A stretch of 64,000 nucleotides of DNA from Octopus vulgaris (taxonomy: Eukaryota), in assembly GCA_951406725.2 (NCBI GenBank), contig OX597822.1:111290001-111354000 (forward strand). The letters run 5' to 3'. The notes under the pieces were generated by a model. That model saw only the letters and a program-made list of their open reading frames with translations, was not told where the DNA came from and ran no database searches. Shown one piece after another: positions 1 to 15,340 of this stretch (positions are counted from its first letter, which is position 1; each line of letters begins with the position of its first letter). A program made the position numbers and the translations under genes.

Positions 1-403
1 ATATATATATATATATATATTGTTTTTCATACACCCATATTTATTAAATATCTCATAAGAAAATGCATCAAACATCGGTATCGAAATATAAGTAATTTGA
101 ACTGTTCCCTTAGTCTAATTAAACCTATCACAATATTCGATTTTAGTTTCAGTAGGGCTTACGGTGGAAATACTGTGCAAAAAATTGGATATTTCAATTG
201 AGATTAACCTAGAAAATTGTGTACATCTATTTATATCTTCCTACTTCAAACGAAAATAATTTTGAATACTAAAAGTGGGAGGGTAAAATTCAATTCAAAC
301 TTTATAGACTTTTAAAAATAGTATATATTAGCAAATGTTCGTACATTACTAAACCGACAAAGTATATGCAACATTATAAATACATACATACATACATACA
401 TAC

Positions 404-472
<69 letters not shown>

Positions 473-993
473 CATAGATACATACATATATACACTCACA
501 CACATGTGGCTCCAACCGTTTAGAGATATTCAGCTATTCTGTATGCTTGAACAACCTGTAGCATAATAAACGATTTATATAAATATAATAAATCATTGTA
601 TAAACATAATAAAATGGTTCTATAAAATAATGTAATGCAAATTAAAAGGACTTGGAATTGAAAAAAGCAATTTTGGAGAAGGGAAGTAGATATATATGTG
701 GATTAAATAACCTAGAATATTAAGTAACTCGATTTCATATCCCAACGAAGTGGAGTGTGCCGTACATAAAATGTGAGATTTATTGATGCATTTTATATAA
801 AGCCAATATTTTTATCTATTTCCCGATACGATATATCATAGTAAAATCGAATAAAATAATGAAAACTCGTTAAATTTTCTGACTGTAGAAATGCTACTCG
901 AACTGTCCAAACTTTTATAGAATATATGTTAGTTGATATATCTAAGATTTGTATCGATTTTTTTCGGACGCTATTTAGCAACTGCACACACAC

Positions 994-1068
<75 letters not shown>

Positions 1069-1615
1069 CACATGCACACACATTTAATTTATTTAAAATA
1101 TTTCAGCTTCCAAATGCAGATTCACGGGAAAAACCGCGTCGAAAAAATTTTCTGCAAGAGTAAATGGTGTAAAAACGAATACACAGACGCAGAATTTGCA
1201 GCTGTTTAGCTCTATCAATGGGAAATACTGGGGAGAGATAACAGATTTAAAGCCATAAATTTAACTAAAACACTGTCAGCAATATTGACAGAGTTGCGCC
1301 ATTGGAACACCAGGTGGGAAGAAATTCAGCAGTCTTTAGGCGTAAGTGGAATTTACGTTGGGGAAACGCAGGGCAGCTGTTGTGCTTTTACGGCTTTTTC
1401 ACAGTAATGGTAGTGAATTTGCCTTCAGGAAGCATATTTTAACAAATAACTTAAATGCTGTTTATTACTAAACACTGCTTGGTGCTTATACTGTCGACAA
1501 TATAACGACAATCCATGTCTGTTTTCGTTCGCTTTCCTTGTATGTCTCCACTGTCCTATTTTCGTTCCCAACTTTGACACTCCATAAATTCAAAATGCAT
1601 ATATATATATATGTA

Positions 1616-1656
<41 letters not shown>

Positions 1657-1875
1657 CAATGATAAATCTCAGAGCGAGTTATAAACGGTAGCGGTAACAC
1701 ATCGTGACGAATATTTGCCATTTGAATATGGCTAACCCCTAAGGGTTGATGCTACTGTAGTTTGTAGCCCCAGGAAGTTATCTCCTCCAGCTGGCTATAG
1801 ACACACTATCTGTGTCCTCTTAGTATTTGTGAAGGGAAGTCATCCTCCCCGCCTTCAACTCATGATACACACGGA

Positions 1876-1952
<77 letters not shown>

Positions 1953-3017
1953 CATACAAACATATATATATATATATATAAACAAATATTGTTTGAATAT
2001 CGATTGCGAAGTGGACTCTTTCCCATTCTTAAGTTGATTCATGCATTCCTTCCATATAATCAATATTTGGTTAAATAAATATTTATCCACATATTGACGA
2101 AACAGTCCAGACTGACAGGGATATTAGAAGGGAGACCGGTTTATGAAAATATTGATTTTACAAAGACCACCGTACCGACAATTTTTATCCACATAACATT
2201 CTCTGCACAATTTTCTCATTCTAGCTGATCATAATACGATAGGTAATTCTGAATTTAATAAACCGTCGAAAGCAGAGAACTATAGCAAATACTTTCGACT
2301 GGGCAACGATGAATTGTTCGATTCTATACCATAGTGGTGTGCTCTGGTCAAGTGGCTTATGTTGTTTCTCCAGGTCACTGCTGCCGAATGAGTAGAATTG
2401 AGATGATAGAAAATTTTTATTGTTATTTTAATTTTAATATTTCTATTATATATGTAATTTTCTAGATGATGTAATTTAATTATTCATTTTGAATTGATAA
2501 AAGGTGGGGTTTTTTCTAATATTTTATATATATTATATTGTGTGAAATTTGATTTAGTATTTCTAAATTGAATTTTTTCCCTGTAAGTTTGGATTTTTAT
2601 TCCCTGAAATAATAATTATATATATATATATATATATGCGTGTGTGTGTGCGCGCGAGCGAGCGAGCGCGTGTATGTGTATCACTGTATCGATTAGACTA
2701 CCGGATGTGGTTATACAAAGCATCCTGTCATTGTTTTCTTTTCGAATGGTACACACTAATGACTACGTAGGCATGTTAACTTTCCACTTGAACGGAGCGA
2801 ATTCTGTTTTGGGGGTACCGATTTTCCCCTGAGTGAACTGGGACACGTAAAATAAAGTGTTTTAATCACGATCACAGCACCGCGCTGGGATGAGGATCGA
2901 AACGTCAGCCATGCGATTGTGCGTGTAACACCCTAACCAATACTCTACACTGCCTTACGCATTATACTTGCATGCATACATATACACATACTTATAGGTA
3001 TACTCAGAACACAGGTA

Positions 3018-3060
<43 letters not shown>

Positions 3061-3061
<1 letters not shown>

Positions 3062-3241
3062 TGGATCGAATTGTCATCTCGGTTCCATTTTAACAAAACT
3101 GTCCGACGAACGGGAACGTGAAAATCCGAGTAACAGCTTTTGTTAAATTTCTGCTGCATTTCAATAAAGCATATTACTCTACCTCTGGTATCTGAGTACT
3201 CTTTTTTCCCACCTTGTTTCACATTTATGTGTTTACTCCGG
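3061..3241 (+). mobile_element. Solo PLE-type pseudo-LTR fragment between (TA)n tracts, containing a type I hammerhead motif
   Basis: Flanked by (TA)n on both sides; contains the HHR at 3091-3145 followed by AATAAA and a T-rich tail. Confidence 0.55.
3091..3145 (+). ncRNA. Minimal type I hammerhead ribozyme motif
   Basis: taacaaaactgt-CCGACGA-acg ggaa cgt-GAAA-atccgag-TA-acagcttttgtta: stem I arms are complementary, stem II is ACG/CGT with a GGAA loop, and the core is a U4C variant of CUGANGA. Confidence 0.6.
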
Positions 3242-3272
<31 letters not shown>

Positions 3273-3286
3273 ATATATATATATAT

Positions 3287-4123
<837 letters not shown>

Positions 4124-4146
4124 ATATATATAAAGCACATACATAT

Positions 4147-4286
4147 AAAGCACAGAACACTGTTTTACAAATGATCAGATATAAATACGCAAACACACAC
4201 ACAAAGATATATATATATATATATATCTTTGTGTGTGTGTTTGCGTATCTATATCTGATCATTTGTAAAACAGTGTTCTGTGCTTT
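4147..4286. repeat. Near-perfect palindrome centred on (TA)n
   Basis: ~60-bp arms (aaagcacagaacactgttttacaaatgatcagat.../...atctgatcatttgtaaaacagtgttctgtgcttt) with one mismatch. Confidence 0.9.
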
Positions 4287-5702
4287 TATTGCACGGTGTA
4301 AGTTAGCAATTCGATAGAAACCAATAACATAAGTACCAAATGAAATAACTATATCTCGTTTCTGCTATGATCGATTATTTGACCTTGATATTTTTCTCTC
4401 AGTTTTCCCACATTCAGGTAATGAACAATGAATTATCTTCCGTGACCATGAGGCCTGGCATCATAATGGAAACAAATGGTCTTGATCGGTTGGTTGCAAT
4501 ATTTCGTCGATAAATCACTGAAACCTTACAGAAATTTTTGTTGACTTAGAAACCGTCCGAGAAACCTGAACCTTTTGGGGATTCTTACTAAATATAGTAA
4601 CATCTGTTCAATTTTCATCATGAGAATCTCAGAATCTTGAAGACAAGCAACCTCACATCCGCTGACATAGATAATATCGTCTTTTGAGAATGATAATCTA
4701 TTTTATGTTTTTTGAAGTTAATGCTTAATTTCCCGGACTTACAGCTCAGAATTTGATTCAATGAGGATTAACAGTTGTTTGCGTACGTCATTCACGAAAA
4801 CAATATATTCATTTTATCTTAATGAATTCATTTTAAAAATTATTTCACTTTGCTCTGTTCTTTGCTTGTTCTCTTCTTCATACAAATCGCCGCTAGCCAT
4901 AAAAAGGTTATAATCCAGTTTCTACATGTAAAAACTATTGTTGTATATATAAAAAAAACTAATGACGTGTTGATCAAGCGGCTATTTTGGTGTTAACTGC
5001 GCTACACTGACTACAGGCAGTGAAACCGATATATCACAAATATACGATTTTATCTTAACCGTTAGCAGTAACTCTTTGAAATCATGTCTTAAATTCTTGC
5101 AATTATTTCTTTCTTTGATATTTATCCCAGCAGAGAAAAATATTATTCGTTGAAAATTTTCTGCGTACATTTTTCACTCATCGGTCAGCTCCTTGTATCT
5201 TTGCGGCTTATATCCTTTTAAGATCACATGATGGCGTGACAAAGTGAAATAAACTATGTGGGAATTACTATTAACCAAAATCCAACACTGAATAGACAGC
5301 AATTCAGCTAATCAGACAGAATTCTGTTTAGAAACATGAATATTTAAAAATATATCGTTAGATGTTTGTACGTTTTCATAGCAAATGTAAATATTTCCCT
5401 TGATGTTTAGCTCAAAATATTTAGGAGAGAGATATATAACAAGGCTCGATAATTAAATTTGTCATAGGGGTTGTATGACCTCCTGTTTCAGGCACGATCC
5501 ATTACATGAGTGTGAAGAAAATAGAAAATAAAAATATGCGTGTAGTAGTGGTAGAGAAATCTAGCTGGGGTAAAGAAGCAGCTGAAAAGGCAGGACAATA
5601 AGTGGTACTGTTACTTATCTACTTTACTCCGTCGCATTCAAATGAAGTGCTCGTAGAGGGAAACCGAGTTATGGGGACCGGCTCTATGGCATCTTTCTTC
5701 TT

Positions 5703-6282
5703 TCTTTATTGCCCACAAGGGGCTAATCATAGAGGGGATAAACTAGGACAGACAAACGGATGAAGTCGATTACATTGACCCCAGTGCGTAACTGGTACAT
5801 AATTTATCGACCTTGAAAGGATGAAAGGCAAAGTAGACCTCCGCGGAATTTGAACTCAAAATGAAACGCCAGACGAAATACCTATTTCTATTTCTTTACT
5901 ACCCACAATGGGCTAAACACAGAGAGGACAGACAAACGGAAAAGTCGATTACATCAACCCCAGTGCGTAAGTGGTACTTAATTTATCGACCGCGAAAGGA
6001 TGAAAGGCAAAGTCGACCTCGGCAGAATTTGAACTCAGAATGTAGCGGCAGACGAAATACCTATTTCTTTACTACCCACAAGGGGCTAAGCACAGAGGGG
6101 ACAAACAAGGTCAGACAAACGGATTAAGTCGATTACATCGACCACAGTGCGTAACTGGTACTTAATTTATCGACCACGAAAGGATGAAAAGCAAAGTCGA
6201 CCTCGGTGGAATTTGAACTCAGAACGTAGCGGCAGGCGAAATACGGCTACGCATTTCGCCCGGCGTGCTAACGTTTCTGCCA
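5703..6282 (-). mobile_element. Three tandem copies of tRNA-derived SINE family A
   Basis: The unit cccacaaggggctaa...gtcgattacatcgaccccagtgcgtaactggtact...aaggatgaaaggcaaagtcgacctcggcggaatttgaactcagaac repeats at ~5703, ~5891 and ~6064; only the last reaches the 5' head. The core gcctttcatcctttcggggtcgataaattaagtacc resembles the Meta-domain of MetaSINEs. Confidence 0.85.
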
Positions 6283-6640
6283 ATCTTTCTAGCGGCTGAT
6301 TGTCATCTTTTCCGCCTGTTCCACCACTGATTACTCATATGATAAGACATAGTACCCCATATCACTCCAGCACACTCACACAGGAAAATGTTTTATCTTC
6401 ATCTTGGTATCCCCTAATCTGCAATGAATGAATTCCCCTCTAGTCCTGGGTTTGAAATCTCACACTGGCCACGTTCCTATTCGCGGATTTATACTCCTAA
6501 GGATATGTATGTTTGTGCATTCATATATGCATATGCACATGTGTATACGCCTTATCCCATCTTATACGCACGTCCCTATTTTTGAATGTATATTTGTATA
6601 CACACACTCAAAGACACATATATATACACAAACAATTTTG

Positions 6641-6697
<57 letters not shown>

Positions 6698-7562
6698 TTG
6701 TGTGTGTATATATCTATATATATAAAACTCAACTTGTGTGTCTGTGTGTGTATCTGTGTGTGTGTGTCTGTGTGTTTAACTTCCCGGCACATCTCCTTCT
6801 AGCCAACAAATCGTAGATCCACCAAAAATGGATCACTTAAAGTTTAGGCGAATGAAAATTGAACTGCGCTATTTCTGTTCCGAAATTCATCTCGCAAGTG
6901 CAAAAATCGATAATGTGTTTGTTTAGGCCTTATCCCATGCATTGAATAGTGAACTTTACTCACTCAGCTGTTTGACGTGAACTGTGTTCACCACGCGTGC
7001 AAGCATGCGCAAATTGCATGAAAAATAAAAAATCAAGATATAAAAACGAATCGCCGTAAACATTGTAGAAATTCGGCAAAGAAATGAATTTTCGGGATGT
7101 AGCCTGGAGGGTTTTTTCGTATTAATCGTTTGGACTTTGTGAACACATACCAATTGTTTTCATAACATTTTTAACGCTTTGAATTAAATGTGACCATTTT
7201 GCGTTGAGTCTGCTGTTTGAATTACTTTAACCAAATTTTAGCAGGCCGGATTTTTGATCATCACGATACATCGGCAGCAGCATTCTGAAACTCTCCCCTG
7301 AAATCCCTATTGAGAAATACTGATCTAAAAGAATAATTCAACAATGCAATTATTTGATCAACAAAAATTTATGAAACGCTTCTACGTACTTCCTATTGAG
7401 GAAATGGAACACGTAAGCAGAAAAATGGAGGGCATTAAATGCTTGATTTTAAAACCAAAATAATTAAATTTTGATTGAACTTCATCCCAGTTTAGCTTAA
7501 TTCGCGCGTGCATAGAACGCACGAGCGCACGAGCCGGGCAAGACTGCTAGTATATATATATG

Positions 7563-7626
<64 letters not shown>

Positions 7627-7661
7627 CATATATATATATGTATATGTATGTATGTATATAT

Positions 7662-7728
<67 letters not shown>

Positions 7729-7804
7729 TATACATGTAGATAGCTGATAGCTTGAGCCATAATAGCAAAATTACGCTTAACATATGAGTACAGAGACTGT
7801 CAGC

Positions 7805-7845
<41 letters not shown>

Positions 7846-8382
7846 TTATATGTGTGTATCTGTGTTTATGTGTTTCTCTGTGTGTGATCTTTTCACTATA
7901 TACTAGTTTGTGTATATATATTATATAGTATTTACACACAAAAAGTTGTAAGTAGATTAAAACTATCGTATAACTGGGACTATTCATGGAACTTCATTTT
8001 ACATAATATACTGAAGCTACCGATATAATGATAAACGAAAAAAATACTATGATAAATAAAGTCGTACAATAAGCATTGTACCAATAATAATAGGTTAGAA
8101 AATGACTCAATAATGGATGGTTTGCTGTAGTCAAAAAAAAAAAAGAATAGCATTCAGTGAAAAGGTCACTGCATCTTATTCTAAATGCAAGCCACTCTAT
8201 ATTAGACTACTAATTATTAAAGACAGCGTGTTATCTGTGTTGCTTCAAGTGGTGTGTATAATGTATATAATCAATTTCACAAATATATCGATGTTTCGTT
8301 TTCTATGCAGTACAATTTCTACTCACAAACACGTGCACACATATGTATATACATATATGTATATCTACCTATCTATTAGTCA

Positions 8383-8546
8383 GAACTGGCAGAACTGTTA
8401 GCACGCCGGCTGAAATGCATAGAGTTATTTCATCTGTTTTTTATGTTCTGAGTTCAAATTCTACCGAGGTCGACTTTACTTTCCATCATTCCAAGGGCAA
8501 TAAATTAAGTACCAGTTGCACGGTATGGTCGATGTAATCGACTTAA
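8383..8546 (+). mobile_element. Decayed SINE family A
   Basis: ctggcagaactgttagcacgccgg...gagttcaaatt...gaggtcgacttt...taaattaagtaccagtt. Confidence 0.75.
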
Positions 8547-8768
8547 CAACTCTCAGGTAGAATATAAAAAGGTACACCCCTCCGCCATGCCATGTTGACC
8601 GAGTGTAGCAGACTAGTTTCATCAAACCAGGATGAGTTCAAGGCCAAATTAACAGCCTCCACATCATACTCTGGTTGGTGCATAGAACATGCTGAGTCCG
8701 ACTACTCAGTTATACATGTAAGAGATCCATAAGTGCGAAATTAATGGTCGCTCCCTGACCGTATATGC

Positions 8769-8802
<34 letters not shown>

Positions 8803-8946
8803 GCATATATATAACTTACTTGGAAAAGGATGCGTGTCGTTCGATCATATAATAATATAAATAATGTATAAATATATGCATATATACATACATACATATA
8901 TGTATGTATATATGCATATATTTACGTATTATATATTATATTATAT

Positions 8947-8999
<53 letters not shown>

Positions 9000-10192
9000 A
9001 TGTATGTATGTATGTATGTATGTATGTATGTATGCATATACGTGTGGTTATGTTGGTATGCAGGAATCTGCTTATGCTTACGAGTGTGATCCAATGTCTA
9101 GAATAGTATTCATTGTATAACCCAAACAATATTTCTAAATAACGATTGGTTAACAAATGCTCCTGCCAGAAATATGAATCGAAAGAAGCCCTTCGTGTTT
9201 TCAGCAGAGTGACTGAAAAAAATAAAATTAATTATCAAATCAGTATTATATATTTCAACGTATACCCTAATAATTGATAAATGTATATATAATTACCTCT
9301 GTGGATATTAACTTACATATATTGAACAAATGTGCCCTATATTTATGTTTCGAGACTTGATGTTGAACGTGGCTCTCTTTGATGTTATTTGTGGCATTAA
9401 TTATTGAACAACGCTAAGATGTATTCATTTACTGCTATAAATGTATACTATGACATTTTTCCTACATCTAATATCAATATATTCCTCTTCAGCGAATATT
9501 TCAACTAATATATGATCTGAAAATACTTTCCCAGTAACGTATATTCTAGGAATTTCTTTGTTGAAATTTTTAGATCCATAACTTTCAGATATAAATATAT
9601 TCATGATCCCAATCATACATTGACATTTATACTAAAGAATGTCACATAACAATAAAAAGGAAATTCGATTGTATAATTATATAATGCTTTTGTACGATGC
9701 CCTTGGGTTTCGTTTCAAATGACAGCATATCTACGATCAAAGAATATACTGAAACCGAGGCTCTTGACTCGTCTGCTAAAAATGAAAGGTTGAATGTAGG
9801 AGTAAGAAAAGAATTTACTAGATTTATACATCATGACACATTACTCGCAGCCTGCAACTATATTTTCATATTTTAACTTCAGATATATTACTTTAAAATG
9901 TTACTTAGCACTGCGCTTCTAGTATAAGTTTAAGCTGGTTCAGATTGAATTTTAAATTATTAATGTATTCATAAAATGGTAGACTAAAACGCAGCTCGAA
10001 GAAGAAATGAAATATTTTTGCATTTTTATACCAAGTTGAGTAATGTAATTACTGTCTTTTAACTTTAATGGGTAAGTAAAGCTAAAGTCAAATATTATCA
10101 CTAATTTTGATCAATAAAGATATAATAATTTCGATTTCCCTATATATATACTTATATACATACATACATACATACATACATACATACATACA

Positions 10193-10223
<31 letters not shown>

Positions 10224-10821
10224 GTGTGTGCGTGTGTGTGAAGGTTTGTAGAAAAACCATGTATCTGAAATGCACAGTACTTAACAGTAAATGGACAAAC
10301 CCCTGCCACCAAACCATATTGCTATCGCAACAGATTCACGTTATGAATAAATTTATGTTAAAATTAAATATCATAGACGCCAATGTACAGTTTAAAGTAT
10401 TGTCAGGAAGAAACATTCGAATACGTTGAGAATATTCTTAATCTGAATTCTAGACCCCATGAGACATTCCAAACTGTTCCACTCTTGACCTCTTTGCAAT
10501 GCGCTGACTGAAACGGAAGTTTGAGAGCATTGCAAAACTTATAGCACAGATCAGTCTTAGTATATTTTAAATACAAATAGCTTCTTCCACCATATCCCTT
10601 AGTGAAGCTCAGACATGTTAACCTGCATATAGGCAGACGACCCGATGCGGTAGCATCTAAAACTGCCTCATATAACATTGCATTGCCGGCGTCTTTAAAT
10701 GCTTTAAATGCGCAACATCATATTATAGATGCAAAAATATATTCATAAACATTACATACACAACACACAAGTACATAGACATGCACACACAGTTAGATAT
10801 AAGCATAAATATATGCCTACC

Positions 10822-11056
10822 TATTTCTTTACTACTCACAATGGGCTAAACACGGAGAGGACAAACAAGGACAGACAAACACGGATTAAGTCGATTAAGT
10901 CGACCCCAGTGCGTATCTGGTACTTAATTTATCGACCCCGAAAGGATAAAAGGCAAAGTCGACCTCGGCGGAATTTGAACTCAGAACGTAGCAGCAGACG
11001 AAATACGGCTACGCATTTCACCCAGCGTGCTAACGTTTCTGCCAGCTCACCGCCTT
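10822..11056 (-). mobile_element. SINE family A, full length
   Basis: Reverse complement of the ggcggcgagctggcagaaacgttagcacg...gtaaagaaata consensus seen repeatedly in this window. Confidence 0.9.
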
Positions 11057-11115
11057 ATATATGTCTACCTACGTATTTGTGCGTAAAAACACATGTATAT
11101 TTTCATATACACACG

Positions 11116-11202
<87 letters not shown>

Positions 11203-12619
11203 GTATATATGAGGTCAGCAAAAATTTAGATTCAGATGAATATAATACCTAAGTTGAGGCAGCAGAATTTAGTACGGTATTACACAATTTCATTAGGTGA
11301 TTAGAATCAAAATAAGCAACAAGGATATCCAGAGGTAATGCAGTACGATCGTTTCAGGCAATATTGTTTGAAATGATCTATAGAATTTACTTGATTTATC
11401 CCTTTCTGAAAGTGCTCTACGCTCCTCATCTTAGTATTTATAAGGGCCTTTATATAAGTAGCCCTTCTACTTAAATACCCCTAAGAAACAATAAATATCA
11501 TGTATGGAGTAACAATAATAACTTCAAAACCCAATAATATTACCCTTAGTTTTAAAAAAGTTAGTGTAAAATTAGAATGTCACATAATATAAATATTCCC
11601 TTAGCTAATACCAGGTATCAGTCTTTATTGATACTAGCTAAATAATTAAATATATAATTTTTAGTTTAATATATTTTGAATTATTATACATTTTCTATAT
11701 ATCTTCTCTATTGTGGTTAATAAGCTACATATACTTTATCATGTTTTTAGTGATAAAACTATTTTTTTCCTCTTCTATGGTGTTCTGCTTTACCTGATTA
11801 TTTTATTTCTTTATTTATTTATTATTTATTTATTTATAAAATAAATCTAATATTTGTACCTCTATAAATTCATACTTAGCTTATATAAAACAATACTGGT
11901 ATATTCACTACTTAAATTAAACTGCTTAGATTATAATTAAATTGATATATAGTTAGCATGTTCTTTTACCTCTGTACTCCTTTATTAAATACGAGTATAT
12001 ACCAATTAATCAATATTCACTGATACCATTTAATATGTTAGTATCTTTAAGTTTATAATATATATAAATATTAAACTATTTCTGGATAATTTCTTTTCCT
12101 CCCTCTATTGTAGTAAAAGTTTGGTATATACTCAAAAGTATTCATAAAACATTTTATCCTTTTGTTATAACTGTTCTTCTTAATAATCCTCTGAATAACG
12201 CTAAACTTTAACTTTATACAATATAGTACTACATGATAAGATTTCCTCTGTTTCATTATCAATGGTCCGCTAGAGATAGATAGATGAAGAGAGAGGGAGG
12301 GAGCGGAAGGTGGGGAAGAATATCCAATGTTAGATTTAATAGCAACACAAAGATTATCTCAATGTGCGATTCATCAGTCGTTAGAAAATGTGTCATTCGA
12401 AAAGCCTGTCCGATTTCATATGAGTGACACTTGGAGAAGGCTCAGAGTGGATAATCGACAATACAGAAGGAGCAATTTATGTTATTTGTATTCAGTTGTC
12501 GATTTCACGTGTATATTTCTAGAAGTTAACGCACTCATACACTGATATTTACATTCATACATGCGTATTTTACATCTGTGTATTTGCTTGTGTGTGTATA
12601 TATATCGATTTCTAAATCT

Positions 12620-12955
<336 letters not shown>

Positions 12956-13039
12956 ATATATACATATATACATATATAACGCTAAATCCACAAATTTTAT
13001 TTTTAATTCTCACTCTGTTTATTTTATCATATTCCTCTA

Positions 13040-13133
13040 CGCTGAAAAGCGTAGGATCGAAACGTAAAAGACTTTCTCCCTTTTTCGAGTGTCAAACTAA
13101 TACACCTGCTTGTTGTTCATTTCTGTAAATTCC

Positions 13134-13137
<4 letters not shown>
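13040..13137 (+). mobile_element. Decayed PLE-type pLTR fragment (family D)
   Basis: gcgtaggatcgaaacgtaaaagact...actaatacac is homologous to 23380-23545 and 38830-39035, and ends in (TA)n. Confidence 0.55.
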
Positions 13138-13187
<50 letters not shown>

Positions 13188-13199
13188 TTGTACGACTAG

Positions 13200-13276
13200 A
13201 GACGGTGCTTTAGCATGGCCGCAGTCAAATGACTGAAACAAATAAAAGAATAAAAGAATATAAACACATACACACG

Positions 13277-13321
<45 letters not shown>

Positions 13322-13463
13322 CTGCTTTGTAAGCTTAGTACTTATTCTATCGATTTCTTTTGCCGAACCGCTAAGTCATGCGGACGTAAACAGACCAGCA
13401 TCCGTTGTCAAACGATGGCGAGAAAAACACACACATATACACATACACACACACGCACGCACG

Positions 13464-13540
<77 letters not shown>

Positions 13541-13702
13541 GACGGACTTCTTTCAGTTTCCGTCTACCAAATCCACTCACAAGCGTTTGGTCGGCCCGAG
13601 GGCATAGCAGAAGTCACTTGCCCTGGATGCCACGCAGTAGGACTGAACTCGGAGCCGTGTGGTTGGGAAGGCAGCTTCTTACCTCACAGCAACGCTTGCG
13701 CC
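13200..13702 (-). mobile_element. tRNA-derived CORE-like SINE family B with internal microsatellite
   Basis: Homologous to the intact copies at 26921, 57207 and 61829. Confidence 0.85.
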
Positions 13703-14414
13703 TATGCTTCTATGTAACTTGCAAATGTATATGTGCATGCTTGCTTGTGTATTTGAAAGATCATGATGCATTCTTCTGTGTGGTTTACTCTAAAGCCTGG
13801 AATATATAGTTATGTATGAATATCCCAGTGTGTAGATTATGTTATTTTCTGAAAATTTCCTCTTCTATAGCAGACAAATCTTCCATGATGTAATAGCTGC
13901 ATCGGCTGAGAGACTAACGTAGAATATGTGTTGTTGAGGATTCGGTATTGAAAAGCTCACAAAAGCTGCTTTTGTTATTCTCACATGTAATTACCTGTTC
14001 GAAGAAATCAATAACCAAAATAACATCTGTAGGATATTTCACTTCGTTTCGGAAAGAATAGAATTGAAAGCTCTGACAACAGTCTACTAAATTAGTAAGT
14101 GCTACTTACATAATTCCTTACCTCTTTACGAAACCCTAACCCTAACCCTAACCCAACAAACATCGCGCTTCTATTTGTTCATTCATAGACGTAATATGTT
14201 AATCCTTTTCTAATCATAATGCACTGTTTTATAAAACATCAAGGAAACATTGCTTTCTGTACACCTAGATACACTGTGTGAAAAAAAGATAAAAGTTTCA
14301 TAGTTGGAACTCTTTTGAACGTAAGTGTCGCTCAACGAGAGATGACTTGACGCGAAACTACAATAAGCAAAATTGGCTTTTATAAGATCTGTAAAAACTC
14401 AAGAAGTACGCGGT

Positions 14415-14760
14415 ACTTGTACTTTACTTGTACTTGTGACGGCGTTCACCCAGGCCGGGTTGAACCGGCTTCTTCTCTTGTCCTAACGGCATCACGGACC
14501 ATGGCGGCCCACGCTCGACGGTCCTGTGCGAGATCACTGGAGATAGCGAGCCATTCGCAGTTCCATCTGCGCAGACCGACCACTTGCGGACCTGAGAGTT
14601 CGGAGAGGTCCTTCTTTATCGTCGTTGCCCAGGTCTTCAGCTGCCCGACCGTGCATTTGCGCCAGCCGGAAATTGGAGGTGGGAGGAAGACATCGCGAAT
14701 CAGCTCACCCTCTCGACGCCGGGTCGCATGACCGAACAACCTTAAGCGCCGAAGGGTGGG
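14415..14760 (-). mobile_element. 3' end of an RTE-clade LINE with a (CAAGTA)n tail
   Basis: LRLFGHATRRREGELIRDVFLP...GQLKTWATTIKKDL...LAQDRRAWAAMVRDAV...GSTRPG*, followed by a short tandem-repeat tail; a second tail copy lies at ~37178-37256. Confidence 0.85.
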
Positions 14761-15216
14761 GCCGGAGATTCAGAAGTACACGGTGGACAAATATAATTTC
14801 ATATCATCTTCAAATTCTAACATAGGTCGTACCATTTGTAGCCATCATAAAAGCTAGGGGTGATAATCAGTCTAATGACTATAGATTGTATTTCTGGATA
14901 TCATTATGCGCTATAAATCGATACTTCGACTCTCTCACAAGTATTGACATATGAGACCGTTGTGTACATTTGTAGAACATTTCAAGTATTATATCCGATA
15001 AGGGAAAATGGTGGGAAGATACAAAATTCTCTTAAGATATATTTATAATTTGTATAATCAGATCCTCGCAAAATGTAATTATATTTTTGAAGCGTTACTC
15101 AGCATTATCTCTGTTTAAACATATGCGTATTCTCACAAGTAAGCACTATTCCACTTCAACATTATAACATATTTAAGTAATAAAAGTCTATATGCATTCA
15201 TACATACATAGATATG

Positions 15217-15276
<60 letters not shown>

Positions 15277-15301
15277 TAGATAATAGATTATATACATATA
15301 T

Positions 15302-15340
<39 letters not shown>

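Noticed and set aside
5703-6282. CRISPR-like repeat array
   Set aside because: Eukaryotic SINE tandem with ~180-bp units and no unique spacers.
6800-7200. Unique, repeat-free stretch (similar ones at ~18400-18720 and ~52250-52620) as possible exons or enhancers
   Set aside because: No ORF with a recognisable protein or splice pattern; a regulatory role cannot be supported without cross-species alignment.
11338-11370. Half hammerhead on the minus strand (GAAA-CGATCG-TA-ctgca)
   Set aside because: Palindromic stem III is present, but no CUGANGA or matching stem I arm was found.
14132-14154. (AACCCT)~4 telomere-like repeat
   Set aside because: Too short to indicate a telomere or fusion site; such runs are common inside repeats.
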